A stretch of DNA of 64,000 nucleotides from Dehalococcoidia bacterium. GTDB taxonomy: Bacteria > Chloroflexota > Dehalococcoidia > Lucifugimonadales > VXLM01. Both the position numbers and the translations under genes were made by a program. This document shows, piece after piece, positions 1 to 8,821 of the stretch. The stretch is taken from NCBI GenBank assembly GCA_034421575.1, contig DAOUKG010000017.1, forward strand, positions 19,886-83,885, read 5' to 3'. Within the stretch, counting starts at the first letter, position 1. Every line of letters starts with the position of its first letter. Under the pieces are notes generated by a model. It was not told where the DNA came from and did no database searches. It worked only from the letters and a program-made list of their open reading frames with translations.

Positions 1-294
1 TTTGCGATGCCGATAAGCAAGAAGTCGGCCTAGGCACACCTAAATTCGGTGTCACTCCACCGCGAATGACACTGCACGGCTGCCCCCACCCGTCATTCCC
101 GCATAGGAGGTCTTTGCGTAACCGTTCTCCCGCTGAGAGGGTGTCGGTGAAAGGGCATCATCCAGCTTCGGAGACGTCTCTGGATTCCCGCCCCGTATCG
201 TGGTACGGGGTGACGTTCTTTCGCGGGAATGACGGTGGTTATGCAAAGGTCTCCAAAAGCGGGAATCCAGCACCTAGAACCCAACACCCAGCAC

Positions 295-630
295 CTACCC
301 GTACAGGCCGTCCGTCTTCGCGGCCATGATGAAGTCGTTGCGGTGGAGGCCGCGTATCTTGTGCGTCCACCACGCGACGTTCACCCTGCCCCACTCGGTG
401 ATGATTCGCGGGTGATGCCCCTCGTCCTCGGCGATCTCGCCAACCTTCTGAGAAAACTCCAAGGCCCCGGCGAAGTCGGAGAACTTGAAGGTCCGGTCGA
501 GCCGCTTGATCTCGTCGACTTCCGTCAACTCCCAGTCCGACACGATTGGATGAAGTTCGGCGATCTCTTCCTGTGTGACTCTCGGAGAGTCTCTCCGGCA
601 CGCAACGCACTTTTCACGAGCGAGTGTCAT
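295..630 (-). CDS. pterin-4-alpha-carbinolamine dehydratase (PCD/DCoH family)
   Basis: 111-aa ORF of the typical size. It carries the family signature ...AEDEGHHPRI...W.TH. Confidence 0.85.
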   Translation of the reverse strand: MTLAREKCVACRRDSPRVTQEEIAELHPIVSDWELTEVDEIKRLDRTFKFSDFAGALEFSQKVGEIAEDEGHHPRIITEWGRVNVAWWTHKIRGLHRNDFIMAAKTDGLYG

Positions 631-715
631 GGCGTCCTCCGTAGTCGTGATGCTAGTACCGTGTGGTTGGACTCCATACTATCACGAAGGACACGGGCGG
701 GCGGTCACTTCAATC

Positions 716-940
716 GTAACTGTTCAGACTCGGTGAGACATGCAGGAATTGTCCTGCGCTGTCATTCTGAGGGGCCCAGCGACAAAGAATCTACAATCTC
801 TCCCCCCGCCGAGGGAGATACAAAACCATCAATCTCTCCCCCGCCGAGGGAGATACAAAACCATCAATCTCTCCCCCACCGGGGGAGAGATACAGAGAGG
901 GGGTTCTTCGTCATCCACCTCACCTACTCTGAACATTCAC
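716..940 (+). mobile_element. MITE-like element, family Y, copy 1 (expanded by an internal 36-nt tandem repeat)
   Basis: The left end is gtaactgttcagactcggtgagac and the right end is ctctgaacattcac. The interior is homologous to copy 7 (51213-51359). No target duplication is evident. Confidence 0.6.
794..900 (+). repeat. tandem repeat, 2 full units (36 and 35 nt) plus a variant third unit
   Basis: The unit is caatctctcccc(c)cgccgagggagatacaaaaccat, at 794-829 and 830-864. The variant unit starts at 865. Each unit contains an imperfect hairpin tctccc...gggaga. Confidence 0.85.
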
Positions 941-1142
941 CACGCTCTTCCCCAATTTGACAAAGAAGAACACATGTACCACATTATCCATGAGCGGCTG
1001 CCGGCCGCCCACTCTCACGACAACGAGGAAGCGACACGATATGGCTCAACATGGCACAAATACAACAAGGGAAGACCTCGGAGAGCCATGCCCTTGCGCT
1101 TCTCCAACTTGCCCTGTGCCAAGCGCCCCGGGCGAAGTCGTG

Positions 1143-1211
1143 AACTTTACGATAACGAGAAAAATGCAACAGAATGCAACACCATGCAACGAATTTTCAA
1201 AAAATCTTCGG
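1143..1211 (+). repeat. phased-heptamer element, copy A (3 x ATGCAAC at exactly 10-bp spacing)
   Basis: atgcaac occurs at 1164, 1174 and 1184. It is preceded by aactttacgataacgag and followed by gaattttc. A two-unit relative (atggctcaac atggcacaaa) lies at 1041-1060. Confidence 0.7.
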
Positions 1212-1326
1212 CTGGACGGGCCCTCACCTCTCCCAGCACACCCACACATCCTGTCATTCCTCCGAAAAATTGCCCATCGCCAACCTCTCGTAGGGGCGGT
1301 TCGCGAACCGTCCCTAACCCTCACCG

Positions 1327-1335
1327 TGCTATAAT
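1327..1335 (+). promoter_or_regulatory. candidate extended -10 (TGcTATAAT) upstream of galU
   Basis: tgctataat lies 34 nt upstream of the GTG/ATG start. No convincing -35 is present. Confidence 0.3.
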
Positions 1336-1368
1336 CGCCCGCAACCGGAACTGGGAGGCCCTTAGCCG

Positions 1369-2235
1369 GTGATGAACGTGCGCAAGGCCGTCATTCCGAC
1401 GGCGGGACTCGGCACCCGCTTCCTTCCGGCGACGAAGGCCGTCCCCAAGGCGCTCCTGCCCGTGCTGGACACGCCGGTCATCCATCTCGCGGTGGAGGAG
1501 GCAGTTGCTGCCGGCATCGACCACGTGACCATCGTCGTCTCGCCGCATCAAGGGGCGATGGAAGCCTACTTCAATGGATCATCCGACGTGGCGCGGATAC
1601 TGGAGATGCAGGGGAGGTCCGCACTCCTCGAACGGGTATCCACCCTCACGAAGGCCGTGACCATCTCGTACGTCCAGCAGCCGGAGCCGCTCGGCAACGG
1701 TCACGCCGTGCTGGTCGCCCAGGAGGCGGTCGGTAACGAGCCATTCGCCGTGCTGTTCCCCGACGACGTAATCCTGGGCAGCGAGTCGACCGTCGGGCGG
1801 ATGGCTGAAGTCTATCGCGAGACTGGGGGGCCGGTCATAGGCGTGGCGGAAACGCCTGTGGAGACAATCCCGCAGAAGGGAGTCGTCACGCCCACGAGTC
1901 AGGACGGGCGGGTGTATGAGATATCAGGCATCGTCGAGAAACCGTCCATCGAGGAGGCGCCGTCGAACCTGGCCGTCGTCGGACGGTACGTGCTTCCACC
2001 TGAGATTTTCTCCGCTCTGGAGCGCACGAGACCCGGGGCAGGCGGGGAGATATGGCTGGCCGACGGGATCGCCGCGCTGCTCAAGACGCACCGGGGGACG
2101 GCGTACCGTTTCCCGGGCGAGCTGTTCGACACCGGAGTGCCCGGCGGGTTGCTGAAGGCGTCGATTCGAGAAGCTCTCGACCGCGACGACATGTCGGATG
2201 AGATCCGGGCGTACATTCGGGACTTGGCACTATAA
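1369..2235 (+). CDS. galU: UTP--glucose-1-phosphate uridylyltransferase
   Basis: The N-terminus KAVIPTAGLGTRFLPATKAVPKALLPV is the GalU nucleotide-binding motif. Length is 288 aa. The start could be GTG 1369 or ATG 1372. Confidence 0.9.
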   Translation: MMNVRKAVIPTAGLGTRFLPATKAVPKALLPVLDTPVIHLAVEEAVAAGIDHVTIVVSPHQGAMEAYFNGSSDVARILEMQGRSALLERVSTLTKAVTISYVQQPEPLGNGHAVLVAQEAVGNEPFAVLFPDDVILGSESTVGRMAEVYRETGGPVIGVAETPVETIPQKGVVTPTSQDGRVYEISGIVEKPSIEEAPSNLAVVGRYVLPPEIFSALERTRPGAGGEIWLADGIAALLKTHRGTAYRFPGELFDTGVPGGLLKASIREALDRDDMSDEIRAYIRDLAL

Positions 2236-2252
2236 GAGGAGGAGGCCGTCAC

Positions 2253-2948
2253 ATGAAGCTGGTCATCATCGGCTGCGAGTACACGGGCACGACGACGCTG
2301 GGGTTCAGGATTCGGGACTGGATACACGAGGAGCTTGGAGGTTGGGTCAAGAATGTGCACGACCACGGCAAGTTCCCGTACTCGGTGACGCACGAGCAGG
2401 AGTACACCCCCGTGCCGAGCGATTTCACCCCGGAGGAGCAGGAGCAGCTCTGGGCGTTGAGCACGCGGACGAAAGAGACGATCATGCGGCACAACGTCGT
2501 GTACCACGTATCGGGACTGTCGACGATGACGGGGATGAGGGACTCGGTGATGATCGGCCTCCACATCGAGGAGGGTATCTACGGGGAGCTATACCTGGGA
2601 TTCGAGGGACGGCGGGACTTCATGAGCCACATGGAGGACAAGATACTGAGCGGGGGCACGGATACCGTGCTCTGCCACGTTACCGCGAGACCGGAGGTGG
2701 TCCGCAGGCGGATGGCGGAGAACCCGCATCCCAACGGCATCCTCAAGGACAGGGACGTGGAGTTGGTGCTGCAGAGATTCCGGGAGGAGTTCGAGCGGTC
2801 GCGGCTGACCCGCAAGATCGCGCTCGACACGTCCGACGCCACGGTTGAAGAGACGCTACAGGACTTCGTCCGCAAGATTACCCCGCACCTATCGGAGCAG
2901 GACCGCGAGGGAATGGCCGCGGTAGCGGCTGGGAGGGGGGCGTCGTGA
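2253..2948 (+). CDS. P-loop NTPase-like protein (NadR/AAA_28-like fold suspected) with a non-canonical Walker A
   Basis: 231-aa ORF starting 18 nt after galU, preceded by aggaggagg. The N-terminus KLVIIGCEYTGTTTL resembles GxxxxGK[ST] but the lysine is replaced by Thr. The function is not recognised. Confidence 0.5.
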   Translation: MKLVIIGCEYTGTTTLGFRIRDWIHEELGGWVKNVHDHGKFPYSVTHEQEYTPVPSDFTPEEQEQLWALSTRTKETIMRHNVVYHVSGLSTMTGMRDSVMIGLHIEEGIYGELYLGFEGRRDFMSHMEDKILSGGTDTVLCHVTARPEVVRRRMAENPHPNGILKDRDVELVLQRFREEFERSRLTRKIALDTSDATVEETLQDFVRKITPHLSEQDREGMAAVAAGRGAS

Positions 2949-3055
2949 TTTGGCGGCGGGTTGCAAAGACCTCTTGAATTCTGTTTCCCATCTACAGGAC
3001 GAGGACTCTAGATTCCTCATGTCGGTTGTCACCGATGCCACGAAACATGAAAATT

Positions 3056-3124
3056 GTAGGGGCGATTCGCGAATCGCCCCTGCTTTCACCCTCACCCCAG
3101 CCCTCTCCCGCGAACGGGAGAGGG
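3056..3124. repeat. two GC-rich hairpin modules in the convergent gap between the 2253-2948 gene and panE
   Basis: ggggcgattcgcgaatcgcccc (3059-3080) and ccctctcccgcgaacgggagaggg (3101-3124) are both members of families seen elsewhere in the window. They could act as bidirectional terminators. Confidence 0.6.
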
Positions 3125-3133
3125 GGCAAATAG

Positions 3134-4072
3134 CTAGCTCCCCCGCTCTTCCATAGCGCGGGCGTGGTAGAGGGACAGGCAGGTGGCGATGAAGGAGTTG
3201 ACCGGCGTTGGGACGGACACCTCCGCGCCCATTCGGGCGACTGCGCCGTTGAGCACCTCGACCTCGATGGGGCTCCCGCGCATGAGGTCGGTGTACATGG
3301 ACGAGGTGTTCTCGCCCTTGATGCTGACGAAGTAGTCGACCGTGGTATCGACGTAGTCTGGCGGGATATCCACGCCTATGGCTTGAGATACGGCATACGC
3401 CTCGCGCATGATGCTCCGAACGAACTCCAGCGTTTCCGGCGTCAGGACGACCTGGTCGAAGGTCGAGCGGGTGATGCACGTCGAGCCGCTGAGGCCGCAG
3501 ATGTAGATGAACTTGCTCCATAGCTCCTTGGTGATGTCGTCGGCCACCTTGACGTCAATGCCCTCGACATCAAGCGCGTCACGGACGCGGGCGACGCGGT
3601 CCGACTCGCTGCCGTCCTCCTCGCCGAAGACGATGTCGGGGGCCTTGAGGCCGAACTCGCTGACGGCGCCCGGTCCCGTGCGAGTCGCGTCGATGTAGGT
3701 CAGTCCTGGGAGCACGGCTTCCTCTCCGTAGGCCGCCGTAAGGGCGTCGACGCTGCCCATGCCGTTTTGCAGCGTGAGCACCACCGTGCCGTCACCGACG
3801 GCGGAGCCAATCGTCGGCACTCCCGTGTGGTTGTCGTAGCCCTTGACGCAGTAGAGGACCAGGTCGGCTTTCCACGTTCCGTCCGGGCGCTCAACGGCGG
3901 ATGCCTGCACATTGAACGTGCCGGAAGCGTCGCTCTTGACGCTCAGGCCGTCACGGTTGATCGCCTTGAGGTGGCTGCCACGGGCAATGAAGACCACCTC
4001 GTGGCCGGCCCGACTCAGCACGCCGCCGAAGTAGCCGCCCACGGCCCCCGATCCCATTATCAGTATCTTCAT
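3134..4072 (-). CDS. panE: 2-dehydropantoate 2-reductase (ketopantoate reductase, ApbA/PanE family)
   Basis: Rossmann N-terminus MKILIMGSGAVGGYFGG. Length of 312 aa and overall layout are typical of PanE/ApbA. Confidence 0.8.
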   Translation of the reverse strand: MKILIMGSGAVGGYFGGVLSRAGHEVVFIARGSHLKAINRDGLSVKSDASGTFNVQASAVERPDGTWKADLVLYCVKGYDNHTGVPTIGSAVGDGTVVLTLQNGMGSVDALTAAYGEEAVLPGLTYIDATRTGPGAVSEFGLKAPDIVFGEEDGSESDRVARVRDALDVEGIDVKVADDITKELWSKFIYICGLSGSTCITRSTFDQVVLTPETLEFVRSIMREAYAVSQAIGVDIPPDYVDTTVDYFVSIKGENTSSMYTDLMRGSPIEVEVLNGAVARMGAEVSVPTPVNSFIATCLSLYHARAMEERGS

Positions 4073-4425
4073 GGCGTGGAATACCTCCGATGGGCAGGTA
4101 TGATATCCAGCGCAGACGGCGACCGCAAACGCCCCCTCTCAGTATCTCTCTCCCGGCGGGCTGGCAGGGACAGGTATTTGTCTATCGCCCCACTCTCCAT
4201 TGACCAGAAAGCAACCTGACTCTGTCATTCTGAGCGAAGCGGAGCGGAGTCGAAGAATCTCAAATGTCTGCCACAACGTAAGGCCAACATAGAGCGTTCT
4301 TACGCTGCTTTCACTCTCGATCACGATACAAGCGTGACTCTGGCTGTCCGGACTTGAGGTCAAACTCAATATCGAACCCTGTACGGGGTCTTGAATTCAT
4401 GCTGAAAGCATGATAACGTCATGAC

Positions 4426-4659
4426 ATGGCTAATCTTCAAGTAAAGAATGTGCCGGATGCTCTTCACGAGCGGCTCCGCCGTCATGCACGGGAGAATAAT
4501 CGCACCATAAGCGAGACTGTGCTAACTGCCGTGGAGCGCGAGCTAGCGATGTGGGAGTGGCAGACTCGTTTGGATCAGCATCCCAAGACCGATCTCGGTG
4601 TGGAGGCGGCAGTCTTGCTTCAGGAAGAACGCGCGAATCGTGACATGGAGATCGGATGA
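4426..4659 (+). CDS. ribbon-helix-helix (FitA/Arc-like) antitoxin
   Basis: 77-aa ORF. The motif LQVKNVPDALHERLRRHARENNRTISETV is typical of RHH antitoxins. It overlaps the downstream PIN gene by 4 nt. Confidence 0.75.
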   Translation: MANLQVKNVPDALHERLRRHARENNRTISETVLTAVERELAMWEWQTRLDQHPKTDLGVEAAVLLQEERANRDMEIG

Positions 4660-5057
4660 CTCGATACGTCATCGACGCGTCCGTCGCGGTCGAGTATCTT
4701 CTGAAAACGCCTCTCGGCCTGTCCGTCGCCAACCTGATTGAGTCCGACCCACTAGTCGCGCCTGAGTTGTTGGACGCAGAAGTTCTGTCTGTCCTCCGCC
4801 GGGGGGTGCTAAGGGGCTTCCTTGAGGAGGACCGAGCTCTCCTTGCCGTCAATGTTCTGCAGCATTGGCCGGTGCATCGTATCGCTCATCGGGCGCTTGC
4901 TCGCATGGCGTGGGAACATCGCCGGAATGTCAGCGCGTATGATGCCTTCTATGTCGCCGCTGCACGCCTTCACAATGTTCCCATTTTGACGGCGGACGGA
5001 CGGCTATCGAGAGCGACCGGTCTCGGTGTCGCGGTGCAGAACGTCCGGATGGGATGA
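4656..5057 (+). CDS. vapC: PIN-domain toxin (VapC family)
   Basis: 133 aa. It has the N-terminal acidic motif YVIDASVAVEYL and a distal ...ILTADGRL motif. It is translationally coupled to the antitoxin. Confidence 0.85.
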   Translation: MTRYVIDASVAVEYLLKTPLGLSVANLIESDPLVAPELLDAEVLSVLRRGVLRGFLEEDRALLAVNVLQHWPVHRIAHRALARMAWEHRRNVSAYDAFYVAAARLHNVPILTADGRLSRATGLGVAVQNVRMG

Positions 5058-5094
5058 CCCCACCGTCAGAACAGGCGTGGTCGTTCTCCTCCAG

Positions 5095-6150
5095 CTACCG
5101 TAACGGCGCGGCGTATATCTGGCCGCCCTTTGGGCAGTCGACGCAGGGAGCGTCGGCCCAGAGGGCGTTGCGTCCGCCCTCTCTCGGCAGTCCGATGCCG
5201 TCCAAACCAAGGTGGCGGTCGTAGATCTCCCCGTAGTTGCCCACCTGCGTTATGACCGCCTGGGCCACGGTCGCGTCAAGGCTGAGGTCGGCTTGGCCCC
5301 ACGATCCCTCGGCTCCGAGCAGGCGCTTGACCTTCACGTTGTCGCTCGTTGTCATCTCCGCGACGTTGCCCGAAGTCACGCCGTACGCTTCGGCGTAGAT
5401 CAGGATGGCCATCACCGACTTGACGATGTCGAACCACTGGCTGTCGCCGTGCGGCACCATTGGTGTGAGCGGCTCCTCGGATATGACCTCCGGGAGAATC
5501 ATGTGGTCATCGGGATTGGGAAGGCTGGTCCTGAGCGCCGCGAGGGCGGAGCGGTCGGTCGTGAAGACATCGCATGCCCCGCTTGTGTAGGCGTCGAGCA
5601 CCAGGTCGCTGGTCTCGAAAATCAAAGGGTTGTACTCCATCCGATTTTGACGAAAGAAGTCCTCCATGTTCAACTCGCTGGTCGTACCGGCCGTGGTGCA
5701 TACGGCTGCCCCGCCGAGGTCGTACGCGCTGGACACCCTCAGCCGTTTGGGCACCATGAATCCCTGGCCGTCGTAGAACATGGTGGGCGCGAAGTCGCCC
5801 CACGCGGCGTCACGTGAGCTTGTCCACGTCGTCACCCACACGAGGAGGTCCACCTCGCCCGCCTGCATGACCGGCCCGCGCTCGGCGGCGTCTATCGTGC
5901 GGAGCTCCACGGCGTCGGCGTCGCCGAGAGTCGCGGCCGCAACGGCGCGGCACAGGTCGATGTCGAAGCCCACATGATTGCCGCTCTCTTCCCGGAAACC
6001 GAATCCCGGGGTATCGTCGAGCGTTGCGCAGACGAGTTCGCCCCTGTCCTGCACCTTTTGTAAGCGAGACGTGGACTCATCTTCATCAGTTCTCGCACAG
6101 GATATGGCGGCCATTAGCGTAAGAAGTGCGACAATGAGAGGTAGTCTCAT
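5095..6150 (-). CDS. amino-acid ABC transporter substrate-binding protein (AapJ/BztA-like)
   Basis: It has a lipoprotein-like signal (LMAAISCAR). The stretch GELVCAT..PGFGF....G..VGFDIDLCRAVAAA is characteristic of family-3 solute-binding proteins. Confidence 0.8.
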   Translation of the reverse strand: MRLPLIVALLTLMAAISCARTDEDESTSRLQKVQDRGELVCATLDDTPGFGFREESGNHVGFDIDLCRAVAAATLGDADAVELRTIDAAERGPVMQAGEVDLLVWVTTWTSSRDAAWGDFAPTMFYDGQGFMVPKRLRVSSAYDLGGAAVCTTAGTTSELNMEDFFRQNRMEYNPLIFETSDLVLDAYTSGACDVFTTDRSALAALRTSLPNPDDHMILPEVISEEPLTPMVPHGDSQWFDIVKSVMAILIYAEAYGVTSGNVAEMTTSDNVKVKRLLGAEGSWGQADLSLDATVAQAVITQVGNYGEIYDRHLGLDGIGLPREGGRNALWADAPCVDCPKGGQIYAAPLR

Positions 6151-6533
6151 GGTAGGGCGACCTCATAGCTCAGTATGAATCGGAATGTACACCGGCATCC
6201 GCGCCAATGCAAGCCGATTCGTATAGACCCGTTTTCCAGTGTGTCCGCTGAAGCATGCCTCGCAGTGCTGCGTAACGGTAAGGGTAGTTTGACTTCCCTA
6301 TAGAGGCCCCGCCGTGAACGTGTCATTCTGCGGCGGGGCTTCGTTTGCGACAATCCAGCTTCCTGATGGCAGCCAGGCGCGCTTAATCTTGCACCTTCTC
6401 CTTCTTGCCCTTCCTTCTTCGCGCTCGGTGACGCTCTCTTTCGTCCGGGACGCCAGCTCGAAGGATCGCCTCGAACGTGTCGCGGTCACCGTCAGGGACT
6501 ACTCCCTTGGGCTTCCGTCTCTGTGGCCTTGGG

Positions 6534-8009
6534 CTAGGCATCGTCGTCCTCCATACTGCTGTCGTGGCTGTAAGAAACCCCGGTGAAGTCGCTAAAGCTG
6601 GTGGAGGAACCTTCCTGTTCCGAATCCTTAAAGTACCCCGTCACCACGGCAACGGAGCCCTCGTGCGACGAAACTAGGTCACCGCCGAGGTCAATCTGCC
6701 CGATCGGTTCATCATTCAGCAGGACCCGGAAGCCGTTGACGTGCAGCCATCCGTATTTGCCATCCACCATCAGGCTCAGGGTGTTGCTCTCCCCTTCATC
6801 TGTTAGGAGCCCCGGCACCGTACCACTCAGAGCTGCCTCGTAGGTGCCGTCGGTCTTAAAGATGCGCAGGTACCAGTTACCGGCCGAAGTGACTATGAAG
6901 TACATGTACGGGTCGTCATCTTCGCCGTTATACCCGAACCTGAACCCGTAGTTCCAGTTCTGGTCACCGCTGCCATCGTAGGGGTTGGTAAATGTAGCGG
7001 AAAGTTGGAACTCGTTAGCCGTGGCCCCAAATTCCGCGACGGCCCAAGCCTCGATGTAGTCGTCATCGTCGTGAGGCATCTCGCCGCTGAGCGGCCCAAA
7101 TTCGGCAGCCGGTCCATTGGCCCATATCCTCAGCTTCTCTTGGATGGTGGTCTCCAAGACGGAGAACGACTGATCAATGGCCTCTGCGGAACTCAAACTC
7201 AACCTCAAGGTGTTCATGGCGACGACTTGGCCGTCCGGCGTGAACAGCGGTCCTCCACTATTCCCGAAGTTTATGGCCGCGTCGGTCTGTACCAGCTCGG
7301 CATCCTTCGCCGAACTGTAGCGGAAGGCCGAGATTATGCCCGTGGTGACGGATGCTTCCCCAGGCACAATGACTCTCCCCGGCCTTAGATCTGTAGGCAT
7401 AAGGTAGTCGTTTGGGTACCCGATGGCAATAACCTCGTCCCCGGCAAAGAGCGTGTTTGAATCGGCGAAAGGGACGCTCACGAAATCGCCGCAGCAGATT
7501 CCGAGCACGGCGAGGTCGCGGCGCGGGTCGAGCCAAATGACATCGGGTTCGTACCAGTCGGTATCGTTGACCTTGACGCGAAGGTCCGTAGCCTCATCGA
7601 CGACGTGGTAGTTCGTCAATATATAGGCGGCCTCGGTGTCTGCGTCAGTATCGAATATGAACCCCGTGCCTGTCGCATAAGGCAAATGTCCGAGCTTAGA
7701 AATCTTGACCACGGCGGGCCGGACTCGCTTCACCATGTCGCTCAATGATTCAGTCGGCGGTACTGGGGTGGCAATTGGTATCTCGATGGTACCGTCATCT
7801 TCGGCGCACTCCGGCAATCGAAGGCTTGCCGAGTCGTTGTCCGCCACGTCTGCGGGGATAACCTCTCCATCTGCACACGGGCCACTTTGAGCCCATGCCG
7901 TACCGTCAAGCACGCTGATGACAGAGAAAGCCGCAATAACGGCAATGAGCAAGCCCCCAGTCACTATTCGGCCAGCCTTTTTCGCCGATCTCGCTGTCAT
8001 CTCATCCAT
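6534..8009 (-). CDS. membrane-anchored trypsin-like serine protease (S1C/HtrA-like core) with an unassigned ~200-aa C-terminal domain
   Basis: Catalytic triad context: TNYHVV, RRDLAVL, GNSGGPLF. There is an N-terminal TM helix (GGLLIAVIAAFSVISVL). I chose ATG 8009 as the start because ggagg lies 8 nt upstream. The ORF stays open to 8117. Confidence 0.8.
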   Translation of the reverse strand: MDEMTARSAKKAGRIVTGGLLIAVIAAFSVISVLDGTAWAQSGPCADGEVIPADVADNDSASLRLPECAEDDGTIEIPIATPVPPTESLSDMVKRVRPAVVKISKLGHLPYATGTGFIFDTDADTEAAYILTNYHVVDEATDLRVKVNDTDWYEPDVIWLDPRRDLAVLGICCGDFVSVPFADSNTLFAGDEVIAIGYPNDYLMPTDLRPGRVIVPGEASVTTGIISAFRYSSAKDAELVQTDAAINFGNSGGPLFTPDGQVVAMNTLRLSLSSAEAIDQSFSVLETTIQEKLRIWANGPAAEFGPLSGEMPHDDDDYIEAWAVAEFGATANEFQLSATFTNPYDGSGDQNWNYGFRFGYNGEDDDPYMYFIVTSAGNWYLRIFKTDGTYEAALSGTVPGLLTDEGESNTLSLMVDGKYGWLHVNGFRVLLNDEPIGQIDLGGDLVSSHEGSVAVVTGYFKDSEQEGSSTSFSDFTGVSYSHDSSMEDDDA

Positions 8010-8396
8010 GACGCGCCTCCAAGGTGCCCTCTCAGGGCAGGATGTTGTCACTCTCCACAAGCTCCGCCATCCATCTACATGGCTCCAAGAGGGCGCGAGG
8101 CCACCCTGCCATTCCATGTAGAATCGACAAGAAGAGCTGTGGAGAGCTAAGCGCGAAGGGTACTAGGAAGTGGCATACTTATCAACAGGAGATAATCACC
8201 TCCCGCGAAAGCGGGAAGCCATGTTCGTCTTCTAAGCGGAGACATACCCCTAAAGTAACTCCCTCTCCCCCGGTTCACGGGTTACGCAAAAGCCTCCGAA
8301 AGCGGGTATCCACAGGGATAGGGAGTGTTGGTCTCATCAACTCTGGACACTTCCAGTAACCGGCCCCGTAGGTAGAGTGACGGGTCTAGTGCAATA

Positions 8397-8587
8397 GTGA
8401 GTGTTCAGTCTTGGTGAGGGGAACACCCTCACCCCCGTTCTGCAACGGGGCAGGCTCTAGCCCTCTCCCACGAACGGGAGACGGGACTGGATACCCGCCC
8501 CGTATCGTGGTACGGGGTGACGTTCTTTTGCGGGTATGACGGTGGCTGTGTATGTGTCGAGGGATCTCACGAAGTCTGAACAGTTAC
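8397..8587 (-). mobile_element. MITE-like element, family Y, copy 2 (inverted) with a perfect 8-bp target-site duplication
   Basis: gtgagtgttcagtcttggtga (8397-) matches the reverse complement of the 8567-8587 end, gtaactgttcagacttcgtga, at 17 of 21 positions. The flanking direct repeat gtgcaata lies at 8389-8396 and 8588-8595. Confidence 0.8.
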
Positions 8588-8821
8588 GTGCAATATGGAA
8601 CGCTTTACCTCGTTCGCCCGTCTGATGTAGAGTGGAACGCATGGACTCCGATCCAGATAGACCGCCATCTACCAAGCCGGAGGCCCGGCCCATGCCGGCG
8701 CGCTTCGGCTCCCCGCTCTTGTCTCCTACTACCGTCGTCGGGTTCGACACGCCACTTTGCATCCCATGCCCAATGACTTACGGGCTTTGCATGCACGAGT
8801 TCATCTTGAGGAATTGACGCC

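Noticed and set aside
794-900. Possible CRISPR array (regular ~36-nt repeats)
   Set aside because: The units are directly abutting with no unique spacers. There are only 2-3 units, and the array lies inside a MITE copy whose sister copy has one unit. No cas genes are in the window.
66-960. ORFs 66-329, 229-960, 740-1372, 957-1334 and similar ORFs elsewhere (14485-14832, 17425-17745, 36008-36241, 53453-53896)
   Set aside because: They are read-throughs of the intergenic repeat modules. The same peptide strings recur wherever the repeat recurs, for example VIPAKERHPVPRYGAGIQ and GSTSSPRTV.
6383-6541. Unlisted 52-aa highly basic ORF (MPSPRPQRRKPKGVVPDGDRDTFEAILRAGVPDERERHRARRRKGKKEKVQD) whose ATG overlaps the protease stop codon
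   Set aside because: I recognise no family. The composition is what random high-GC sequence yields, and GC3 is not distinctive. It would need conservation or ribosome-profiling evidence.
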